Shown here one piece after another: positions 56,629-64,000 of a stretch of 64,000 nt of DNA. A program made the position numbers and the translations under genes. This stretch comes from Gemmatimonadota bacterium (GTDB taxonomy: Bacteria; Gemmatimonadota; Gemmatimonadetes; Palauibacterales; KS3-K002). Where the stretch lies: assembly GCA_039586795.1 (NCBI GenBank), contig JBDHJS010000013.1, positions 1 through 64,000 on the forward strand, written 5' to 3'. Each line of letters begins with the position of its first letter. Position 1 is the first letter of the stretch. The notes under the pieces are model-generated. The model was given only the letters and a program-made list of their open reading frames with translations. It had not been told where the DNA came from and searched no databases.

Positions 56629-57489
56629 ATGTACTTCAGCTCCAAGGCCTTAGACTCCTTCGACCAGTATCTCCACGACGTCGAGAAATACCCCCTCATC
56701 GAGGATGCCGCGACCGAGCGTGAAATCGCGCGCAAAGCCAGAGCTGGCGATCGCCGGTCGGCTGAGCGGCTGGTCACGGCGAACCTGCGGTTCGTGATCT
56801 CTTACGTGAAGAAGTATCAGGGACGCGGACTGAACCTCGCCGAGCTGGTCTGCATCGGCAACGAGGGACTGTTGAAGGCGGTCAAGAAATTCGACCCCGA
56901 CAAGGGCGTCAAGTTCATCTCGTACGCGGTGTGGTGGATCCGTCAGACGGTATTGCAGGCGCTGGCCGAGCAGACGCGATCGGTGCGGATTCCACTGAAC
57001 CAGAACTCGAACCTCGTGAAGCTGTCGCGGACCGAGACGGCGCTGACGCAGCAGCTGGGGCGCACGCCGACGGACCGTGAGATCGCCGACCGGATGGGCG
57101 AGCCGGTACAGACGATTCGAGCGCTGCGGCGTGTAGCGTCGGCCGAGCTCAGCCTCGACGCGCCGCTCGACCGGACGGACCGGGACAGCGCCTCGTTCGG
57201 CGAGCGTTTTTCGGGTCTCGAGGACGAAGATATCCAGGACGAGGTCGAGCATCAGGCGCGGCGTCATTTCTTGCAGGAGATGTTCCGGAAGTACCTGACG
57301 GAGCGCGAACGCAAGATCCTGGTTCTTTACTACGGACTCGATGATGGCGAAGAGATGACTCTCGAGGAGATCGGCTCTTTGCTTGGCGTTACTCGTGAGA
57401 GGATCCGTCAAATCCGAAACCGTGCTTTTGAGAAACTTCGTCAGTCGCCTGATGGGACGGCGCTGGAAGGATTCTGGGCGCCATCTTGA
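56629..57489 (+). CDS. RpoD/SigA-family sigma factor lacking region 1.1
   Basis: ANLRFV, GNEGLLKAVKKFD, KFISYAVWWIRQ, TLEEIG..LGVTRERIRQI. Confidence 0.95.
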   Translation: MYFSSKALDSFDQYLHDVEKYPLIEDAATEREIARKARAGDRRSAERLVTANLRFVISYVKKYQGRGLNLAELVCIGNEGLLKAVKKFDPDKGVKFISYAVWWIRQTVLQALAEQTRSVRIPLNQNSNLVKLSRTETALTQQLGRTPTDREIADRMGEPVQTIRALRRVASAELSLDAPLDRTDRDSASFGERFSGLEDEDIQDEVEHQARRHFLQEMFRKYLTERERKILVLYYGLDDGEEMTLEEIGSLLGVTRERIRQIRNRAFEKLRQSPDGTALEGFWAPS

Positions 57490-57505
57490 TTTCCTTCCTA
57501 TAAGG

Positions 57506-57537
57506 AAAAAAGGCGAGGCTCTTAGCCTCGCCTTTTT
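57506..57537. terminator. Bidirectional intrinsic terminator
   Basis: AAAAAA GGCGAGGCT ctt AGCCTCGCC TTTTT. Confidence 0.9.
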
Positions 57538-57542
57538 ACATC

Positions 57543-57723
57543 TGGACAGCCGACAGCCGACAGCCGCCGCTCGACGGTCGCATCCTGTTCGGCGACCGAC
57601 GTCCGACGCCCGATGTTCGCGTTCGACGTTCGAGGGCGTTGAACTACGTGCGTCGGGCGTCGGGAGTTGGTCGGCGAGAGGTTTACGTAGCCGTCGTGCG
57701 TCGGTTACTGGCTGTCGGCTGTC
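57543..57723. repeat. ~180-bp palindrome, heptamer family B
   Basis: (GACAGCC)3 ... (GGCTGTC)2; collinear with 62175-62347. Confidence 0.8.
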
Positions 57724-58169
57724 GTCGCTATTCCCGACGATCCCGACTTTCTCGATTTCACGATTCCCACCAGCGCCAGCACAAAAATCGCCACGATGAC
57801 AATCTGGCTGATCACGCACCATTGGCATATGGCGCGTATCCAGAAGATCTCGGCGTAGGTGAGATAGAGCGTGAATACGACGGCCACGCCCGACAGGATG
57901 GCCAGCAGTTTGTCGGGTCGGACATCGTCTAGCCAGCGCGGTTGAAGGCCGGCGATGGCGATGGCGAATAGGGCGATGTAGCCCGCTGCCCCTATACCCG
58001 ACACGGGCATCCCGAGAAACATCGCGTAGGGCGACGCGTTGACCGCATCGCAACCCTGCGTCACGGTGCAGCTCAGGCTGCCGATGTAGCCCAGCTTGGC
58101 CAGCAACAGATAGACGGAATCGAGAAGACCCAGAAGGGCGAGAACCGCTATGGCCCGCCGTCTGTTCAC
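57705..58169 (-). CDS. Vitamin K epoxide reductase (VKOR) family protein
   Basis: Loop Cys pair CTVTQGC, active-site CQWC, four TM helices. Confidence 0.93.
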   Translation of the reverse strand: MNRRRAIAVLALLGLLDSVYLLLAKLGYIGSLSCTVTQGCDAVNASPYAMFLGMPVSGIGAAGYIALFAIAIAGLQPRWLDDVRPDKLLAILSGVAVVFTLYLTYAEIFWIRAICQWCVISQIVIVAIFVLALVGIVKSRKSGSSGIATTADSQ

Positions 58170-58849
58170 TGCTTCGCCAGCTCCTCCTCGACAACCGCCG
58201 ACATTCCGTCGTAGCTCATCGCGCCGACCACCACTCGGCCGTTGATGAAGAAGGTCGGCGTCTGGTTGAGACCCAGCTGGCGAGCACGTGTCTGACTGGC
58301 GAGCACGATCTCACGGTACTTGTCCGAGTCGATGCAGTCTATCAAGGTGCGTCCATCTATCCCGAGCCCGTCGGCGTACTGCCGGATCTTCCGCTCCGGA
58401 TTTCGATCGGTACCCCACTCGCGCATCCGACTGAACAGTACCTTCTGCATGGCCCAGAACGCGTTCTGGTCTCCAGCACAGCGCGCCGCCACCGCGCCGA
58501 GCTCCGACGCGCCCGGGTGAAGCGGAAAATCGTAGAATACGAAACGCGCCTTCCCAGTGTCGACGTAGTCGGAGAAGATCTGCGGCAGCGTGAGCGTTGC
58601 CACCATCCCGCAGGCCGGGCACTGGTAGTCCGCATACTCCTCGATCAAAACCGGAGCATCCTCCTGACCACGGAACACACCGACGTCGGCGGAGACGAGA
58701 TCGGCACCCGTGAGATCGGGCGGCGTGAAGTCCACCGCGCCGGCCTCCGCCCCGCGCTGGTTATTCATCACTACATATGCGATCAGCCCTCCGCCGGCGA
58801 TCAGGATCACCGCGAGCATGCCATAGAATTTCGACTGCGAGTTTGCCAT
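58166..58849 (-). CDS. Membrane-anchored DsbA/thioredoxin_4 protein
   Basis: N-terminal TM helix, ADYQCPAC, QTPTF; overlaps VKOR (GTGA). Confidence 0.92.
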   Translation of the reverse strand: MANSQSKFYGMLAVILIAGGGLIAYVVMNNQRGAEAGAVDFTPPDLTGADLVSADVGVFRGQEDAPVLIEEYADYQCPACGMVATLTLPQIFSDYVDTGKARFVFYDFPLHPGASELGAVAARCAGDQNAFWAMQKVLFSRMREWGTDRNPERKIRQYADGLGIDGRTLIDCIDSDKYREIVLASQTRARQLGLNQTPTFFINGRVVVGAMSYDGMSAVVEEELAKQ

Positions 58850-58896
58850 TCAAATACCTCTTTTCGCCCTCCGCTGGGTCACTCCAATTGGTCTCC

Positions 58897-60405
58897 CTAT
58901 TCGAACTGAATCACGTCACTAAGCTGACCGGTCACAACCAGGTAAGCTAATCCTATCACGATTACCGCCAAGATGAAGATCAGCGCGATCTTGACCGGCC
59001 GCGGCAGAAATCGCCGACGCTCGCCGCCCAGTCGAGTGAGCTTCGGCAAGAAAGCGTCCTGCCATACGCCCACAATCTCCCGACTCAGGCCCGCCCATCC
59101 CGTCGCATACGCCTGGTCGAGCTCGCGGAGCCTCTCCTGCCAGACGCCGTAGGCCGCCTGCAGCTCGGCGCGACCTTTCTCGGCCGCTCCCTCCAGATCG
59201 CCGGCCGATTTGGTCACCTGGCTCAACGTTGCCTCCACGGAACCTACACCGCGCGTCAATCGTTGGCGTAGCCCCGCAAGCTCCTTCTCCGAAGGCATGA
59301 AACGCTTGCGCGCTTTGCGCCAGGGGATGCGTCGATTGGCCGCCACACGCCGGATCTGGCGCTCGAAGGCACGGACGGTGGCGTCGGAAACCGTCGCAAC
59401 GTTCTCGAGCACAGCTTCCCACAGCGTTCGCCCGTCAAGCGCCTGGGCTGCCGATTTCAGGTCCGCCGCAGTCGCGGCTTCGCGCTTCGCCTTCAGCAAA
59501 GCGGCCTCGTAGATGTTGCGCAGGTCGCGCAAGTGCTCCTCGAGGAAACCGACGGGCAGCACCGACGACATCTGTAGCCTGTCGATGGTGGCGCCCAGCG
59601 GGCGGTCCGAGCCGCTGCCCACAGCGCCCAGGGAAGCCTCGAATTCCGGTATGGAGAACCGGCGCTTCAGGTCGGTGGTCGCGGCTACCTCCGGGGCCGG
59701 GCGCGAAAGCTCGGGCGCTGGAGCTTCCGCTTCGACCGCGGGCGGCGGCGCCGCGTCAGGCACGGGCGCAGGCTCCCCCTCGGCCTGAGGCTTCGTCTTC
59801 AGCGGCCCCTCCTCGGCGGAAACACCCAGCAGGCCGCTGGAGTACCGCGTGGCAAGTCCACGAATCGTCTGGATCTGTGCGTCGGTCAGGTAGAGAAACT
59901 CGAGCTGCGTGGCGCCGCTGCCAACTCGCAGCAGTCGTCCGAACTTCGCCTGGGTCATATCGACCTTGGTGATGCGGTCCCACGGGATCCGGAAGTGGCG
60001 GCCGCCGCGCTCGAAGACGTGGAGCGCCTGGTCGGTAACGACGGCCAGCGCCATTCCCTTGAACCGCTCCATCTCCACCAGACCCGACATGGCGACGGGT
60101 GTGGCGAAGACCACCCGCTCACCTTCCAGCGCCTCGCGATCGGACAGCGCCAGGTGGTCTAGCTTGGCCCGGTTACGAAGCTCGGCGGCCAGCGACGCCA
60201 GATCTTCATGCACGCCTCGCAGCGCCAACGCGACTTGCGTGCCCATCACAAGAAGGATCGAACCGCGCAACGCAACGCCCAGTAATGTCGAGTAAGGGAC
60301 TTGCTGTTTGTTGATGTAGAGCCCTTCCTGGGCCGCCAGCACTCGAGCGCCCCGCTCCGAGCCCATCCCCTCGATTACGACGTCAAACGTGCCCTCGTAG
60401 CTCAT
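58897..60405 (-). CDS. Hypothetical tail-anchored protein (PH-like N-terminus, Pro-rich linker, helical domain)
   Basis: 502-aa ORF, ATGA overlap with the HAD gene, single C-terminal TM helix after RRRFLPR. Confidence 0.75.
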   Translation of the reverse strand: MSYEGTFDVVIEGMGSERGARVLAAQEGLYINKQQVPYSTLLGVALRGSILLVMGTQVALALRGVHEDLASLAAELRNRAKLDHLALSDREALEGERVVFATPVAMSGLVEMERFKGMALAVVTDQALHVFERGGRHFRIPWDRITKVDMTQAKFGRLLRVGSGATQLEFLYLTDAQIQTIRGLATRYSSGLLGVSAEEGPLKTKPQAEGEPAPVPDAAPPPAVEAEAPAPELSRPAPEVAATTDLKRRFSIPEFEASLGAVGSGSDRPLGATIDRLQMSSVLPVGFLEEHLRDLRNIYEAALLKAKREAATAADLKSAAQALDGRTLWEAVLENVATVSDATVRAFERQIRRVAANRRIPWRKARKRFMPSEKELAGLRQRLTRGVGSVEATLSQVTKSAGDLEGAAEKGRAELQAAYGVWQERLRELDQAYATGWAGLSREIVGVWQDAFLPKLTRLGGERRRFLPRPVKIALIFILAVIVIGLAYLVVTGQLSDVIQFE

Positions 60406-61142
60406 CGGCCACCGCCGTTCCCCGCCGCATCAGCCCCTGATAGGCCGAGCATGCTGTCGACCACCGCCTCGGCGTCGCTGAAGTCGGCGAACACCACGTC
60501 GGCTCCCGCCTCCTCCAGCTCCGCAATCGTGTGCCGGCCCGTTGCCACCGCCAACGCTCTCGCATCGACCGCCCGGGCGCATGCCACGTCTTCTGGCGTG
60601 TCTCCGACGACGACCACCGATCTGCCGTCCAGCTCACCCATGTGATACCGCAGGCGCTCCATCGCGGCGCGTGCCACGCCAGCCCGATTCTCCGAGTCTG
60701 ACCCGAATCCGCCAAATGAGAAACTCGATGCCATCCCCGCCGCTTCTAGCTTGAGTCTCGCGCCCTCCTCGATATTCCCGGTCAGCAGCCCGAGGACCAC
60801 ATCAGAGCGGCTTTCGAGCTGGGCCAGGACATCACGCACACCGGGCAGAACCTCGATCCGATCCTCCCGGCGTCGAACCTCCAGCTCGCTCTGCAGACGC
60901 TGCAAGTAGAGTTGCCAGACGGCCGGCATCCGCTCCCGGATGGCGGGCGCTTCCAATCCGGCGCCGCCCATCAGCTCCAAAACGATCTGCGGGTCCGTCT
61001 TTCCATGGAAACTGTAGTCTTCCGGGTTGCCGATCGTCCCGTAGACCGCCTCGAGCGCCGCGTGCAAAGCGACGCGCCCCGCCCCATCGGTGAGCAGCAG
61101 GGTACCGTCGATGTCGAACAATATCGGGTGATTTGGGGCCAA
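60402..61142 (-). CDS. HAD family hydrolase
   Basis: FDIDGTLL, LLTGN, VGDTPED. Confidence 0.93.
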   Translation of the reverse strand: MAPNHPILFDIDGTLLLTDGAGRVALHAALEAVYGTIGNPEDYSFHGKTDPQIVLELMGGAGLEAPAIRERMPAVWQLYLQRLQSELEVRRREDRIEVLPGVRDVLAQLESRSDVVLGLLTGNIEEGARLKLEAAGMASSFSFGGFGSDSENRAGVARAAMERLRYHMGELDGRSVVVVGDTPEDVACARAVDARALAVATGRHTIAELEEAGADVVFADFSDAEAVVDSMLGLSGADAAGNGGGR

Positions 61143-61226
61143 ACGCCCTCCGCGCGAGTCCGCCTCCCTGGCCAGTTACCTGTACTGAACCTATTAATCT
61201 GGTCCCGTATGGGGCAGATCGCCACC

Positions 61227-62162
61227 CTACGCCGGCGCGACGGCCCTCAGGATCGCTCGAGCCAGCACCGCCTCTGCGACCAGACCGATCCGCAGCAGCT
61301 CTATCGGCGAAACCTCGCCGGGCTCCGGGCCCGTCGAGCAGGCGAAGACCAGGTCGCCATCGAACTTGCTGTTGGCCGGTGACAGGTGACGCACCATTGC
61401 GTTCATGGCGTTCCGGGCCACGGCCTGAAGATCGGTGCGTGTCAGCGGGTAGTCGGTGGCCACGACGGCGAGCGTCGTGTTCGTTCCGGGCTGCGGCTGG
61501 AAGCGTGGTGGTGCTCCGTGCTCCACTAGGTAGCGCGCCGAGTCGATGAACTCACCGGCTTCGTCCCGGGCGCCGGCGATGATGTTTCCTCGCCCGTCGG
61601 TGACGTCGCCGAACGCGTTGACCACAGCGAGTGCGGCCACGGTATGCGCGTCGAGCTCCATGGCGTGGCTGCCGATGCCGCCCGGCATGGCGCGTTCACC
61701 GCCCAGCAGTTTCCCCACCATGGCTCCGGCGCCAACCCCAACCCTTCCCTCGACGATAGGCTCGCCGCTCGCCGCATCGCACGCCGCCCGACCCATGGCT
61801 GCATCCGGCCTCACATCGGCGCGACCGGTTCCCAAATCGAAGATCACCGCGCTGGGAACGATGGCCACGGTACCGGCGTCGGTCTTGAAGCCACCGCCGC
61901 GCTCCTCGAGCCAGCTCATAACGCCGTCCGCCGCCGCCAGCCCGTAGGCCGAGCCTCCGGTCAGAAGCAAGCCATCGACCTGTGAGACGATGTGATTCGG
62001 AGAAAGCGTACCGAACTGGCGAGTGCCTGCGGCGAAGCCGCGAATGTCCACCGCCGCCCGGAAGGGACCGAGCACAACGGTGCAACCGGTGGCGGCCGCC
62101 TGATCATCGGCGTGGCCGACCTTAATACCGCGAACGGCGGTCAACGTGTGATTAGCGGACAT
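61227..62162 (-). CDS. P1/S58 family peptidase (DmpA-like)
   Basis: GIKVGH, TGCTV, GGSAYGL, NTT autoprocessing site, DGD. Confidence 0.92.
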   Translation of the reverse strand: MSANHTLTAVRGIKVGHADDQAAATGCTVVLGPFRAAVDIRGFAAGTRQFGTLSPNHIVSQVDGLLLTGGSAYGLAAADGVMSWLEERGGGFKTDAGTVAIVPSAVIFDLGTGRADVRPDAAMGRAACDAASGEPIVEGRVGVGAGAMVGKLLGGERAMPGGIGSHAMELDAHTVAALAVVNAFGDVTDGRGNIIAGARDEAGEFIDSARYLVEHGAPPRFQPQPGTNTTLAVVATDYPLTRTDLQAVARNAMNAMVRHLSPANSKFDGDLVFACSTGPEPGEVSPIELLRIGLVAEAVLARAILRAVAPA

Positions 62163-62174
62163 TTCATGTCATTT

Positions 62175-62347
62175 TGGACAGCCGACAGCCGATAGCCGCG
62201 TATCGACACTCGAGTCCTGCTGGGCGACCGACGCTCGACTCACGACGTTCGAGCCCGACGCTCGCGCGCGTCGGACATCGGGCGTCGAACGCCGAATAGT
62301 CCTCGAACGTCGATACGCGGCTGTCGGCTGTCCGCTGTCGAAATAGT
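62175..62347. repeat. ~170-bp palindrome, heptamer family B
   Basis: 62177-62207 pairs with 62309-62339; the first 25 nt match 57543-57567 at 24/25. Confidence 0.82.
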
Positions 62348-62394
62348 CCGTTCGTCGAGCGCCGCCCAACGAACGTCGGATGTCGAATGTCGAA

Positions 62395-63867
62395 TCAGCC
62401 TTGATCTGGAGCCGGCATTTTATCCATATCGGAAGTATACGAAAAGACCTTGTTGCGCCCCGCGGCTTTGGCGCGATAAAGCGCCTGGTCCGCCCGGTCG
62501 ATGATATCCTCCGGCGTAACGATGCCGGCTTCGGGAAAGCCGGCTACGCCGCCACTCACCGTCAGGCGCAGCGAGCCGCCGCGCAGATCGAACTCGCGTC
62601 GGCTGACGCCTTTGCGGATGCGCTCGGCCAATTGGTGGGTACCGTGCGCACTGGTCTCCGGCAATACCAGCAGGAATTCGTCACCGCCGTAACGACCGAC
62701 GAAGTCGGCCGTACGCAGCGAGCGCCGTAGCACTTCTCCGATCGAGCGGAGCGCCGCGTCGCCCGTTGTGTGTCCGTGCGTGTCGTTCAGCCGCTTGAAG
62801 TCATCGATGTCGAACATGACAAGACCCAGGAGTCGCTTGTAACGTGCCGCGCGTTCCAGCTCGTTCTCCATCCGCTCCATCAGGTAGCGGCGTGACAGGC
62901 AACCTGTAAGCTCGTCCGTCTTCGCCAGGATCTCGAGTTGTTCCTGGTGCGAGAGAACGTTCTCGAACATCGCCGCCCGGTTGAGCGCCCTGACGGCACC
63001 CTGAGCGATCGCCGAGGTGAGACGCACCGATTCTTCATCGAGTTGCTGCTCATCCGGGCTCGAGCGCAGGAAGAAGACTCCGTTACGGCCCTGGTCGAAG
63101 TTGAACGGGATGGCGACGATCGACTGGATATCGATATCGATCCGCTCGTTCTCCCAGAGCGGTCGAATCTGCTCGAACAGCGCCGAGCCCTTGAGGTTCT
63201 TCACCAGCACGGGAGCTCCCGTCTCTACCGCCTGGCGGATCTCGGGATAGCGCGTGAGATCGATGGAGAGGGAGCTGATGCTTGGGTCATCGTGAGCGGC
63301 CACCACCGTGCCGCGCTCACCGTCGTCCTCGATCAGAATCATCGAGCAGCGTCGAATATTGAACAGCCGGGAAACGCGGCGGACGAGGATATCGTAGATC
63401 TCCTCGCTCGATAGACTGGCGGTGACGTCGCGGACAACTTCGAGAACGATGCCACTGGTGTCGGCTTCGCGACGCGCCGACTGAACCAGTCGACCGCGCT
63501 CGATGTGCGAGCTGATCCGAGCGACGAGCTCGCTCAGCGCGAACGGTTTGCGGATGTAATCCGCTACGCCGGCACGGATTGCGGCCGCCGCCTGCTCCCC
63601 CTGCGACTGCGATGAAGTGAAGATGATCGGAACGTCCCGCGAGCCGACGCGGTGTCGCACGTGCTTGACGATCTCGAGCGGCGCGATCTCCGTGATCGAT
63701 TCGTCGACGAGCAACAGGTCGGGATGCTGGCTGGCGACGTAGCTGAGCAGCGTCGACCCGTCGCTGATGCTGCGCACGGAATATCCGGCTGCCTCTAGCG
63801 CCTCGTCGAGCCCCGCCAGCTCTTCGGCCCCATCGCGGCCGATCAGAATGAAGCCTCGGTCGTTCAT
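62395..63867 (-). CDS. REC-GAF-GGDEF diguanylate cyclase
   Basis: REC (DLLLVD, DYIRKP), GAF-like middle region, DIDDFK, RTAD I-site, GGDEF; ATG 63867 in an ATGA overlap. Confidence 0.93.
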   Translation of the reverse strand: MNDRGFILIGRDGAEELAGLDEALEAAGYSVRSISDGSTLLSYVASQHPDLLLVDESITEIAPLEIVKHVRHRVGSRDVPIIFTSSQSQGEQAAAAIRAGVADYIRKPFALSELVARISSHIERGRLVQSARREADTSGIVLEVVRDVTASLSSEEIYDILVRRVSRLFNIRRCSMILIEDDGERGTVVAAHDDPSISSLSIDLTRYPEIRQAVETGAPVLVKNLKGSALFEQIRPLWENERIDIDIQSIVAIPFNFDQGRNGVFFLRSSPDEQQLDEESVRLTSAIAQGAVRALNRAAMFENVLSHQEQLEILAKTDELTGCLSRRYLMERMENELERAARYKRLLGLVMFDIDDFKRLNDTHGHTTGDAALRSIGEVLRRSLRTADFVGRYGGDEFLLVLPETSAHGTHQLAERIRKGVSRREFDLRGGSLRLTVSGGVAGFPEAGIVTPEDIIDRADQALYRAKAAGRNKVFSYTSDMDKMPAPDQG

Positions 63868-64000
63868 TCGGTTGAGGTGTCCGCGTTGCCGTATTGCACT
63901 ACCCACTCTCCCCAGGCCGCCGGGTCGACGTTGCCACCTGAAATCACCGCGACACTCGGCACGTGGGGCCCGGGCAGCGATCCGCTCATCGCCACCGCGA
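63864..64000 (-). CDS. 3' end of a threonine/serine dehydratase-family PLP enzyme (partial)
   Basis: Reads ...VAVISGGNVD...TSTE*, with the stop overlapping the cyclase ATG; absent from the ORF track. Confidence 0.75.
   Translation of the reverse strand, partial: AVAMSGSLPGPHVPSVAVISGGNVDPAAWGEWVVQYGNADTSTE

Noticed and set aside
56650..58194. 514-aa minus-strand ORF
   Set aside because: Shadow frame over the sigma factor, repeat and VKOR; 42483-43427, 45743-46594 and 49018-50040 are similar shadows.
54758..58849. DsbA-VKOR as a novel system
   Set aside because: An established alternative to DsbB for disulfide formation.
40184..62347. CRISPR arrays
   Set aside because: The repeats are 7-nt-periodic inverted arms without unique spacers; no cas genes.

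Overview
GC-rich bacterial DNA; the gene content (dnaE-accA-ricT-metG, Hanks kinase/TolB-N/TPR proteins, many lipoproteins) suggests Gemmatimonadota (inference). A stand-alone tRNA-Ile(GAT) at 33599-33672 splits the window. To its right is housekeeping backbone with two families of heptamer-periodic palindromic repeats and two long structured leaders containing terminator-like hairpins. To its left (downstream of the tRNA) is a ~33 kb mosaic accessory region: a 47-bp duplicate of the tRNA 3' end brackets an integrase-less 2 kb arylsulfatase islet, and there is a repeated ~85-bp hairpin element, a truncated SDR remnant, and a promoter module shared by two TolB-N/TPR genes. The best candidate for an undescribed system is 19942-28247. 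It holds a PAPS-type sulfotransferase, two paralogous Ser-nucleophile alkaline-phosphatase-superfamily enzymes predicted to face opposite sides of the inner membrane, a 63-aa protein ending in a free-standing RLxxLGY tail that is also present on a Thr-nucleophile sulfatase-like lipoprotein, and a membrane protein resembling the EMC3/TMCO1/DUF106 (Oxa1-superfamily) insertases. I hypothesise a trans-membrane sulfo-/phospho-group relay for envelope modification. No CRISPR array, rRNA, intact integrase or transposase was seen. All family calls come from motif recognition by eye, not database searches.
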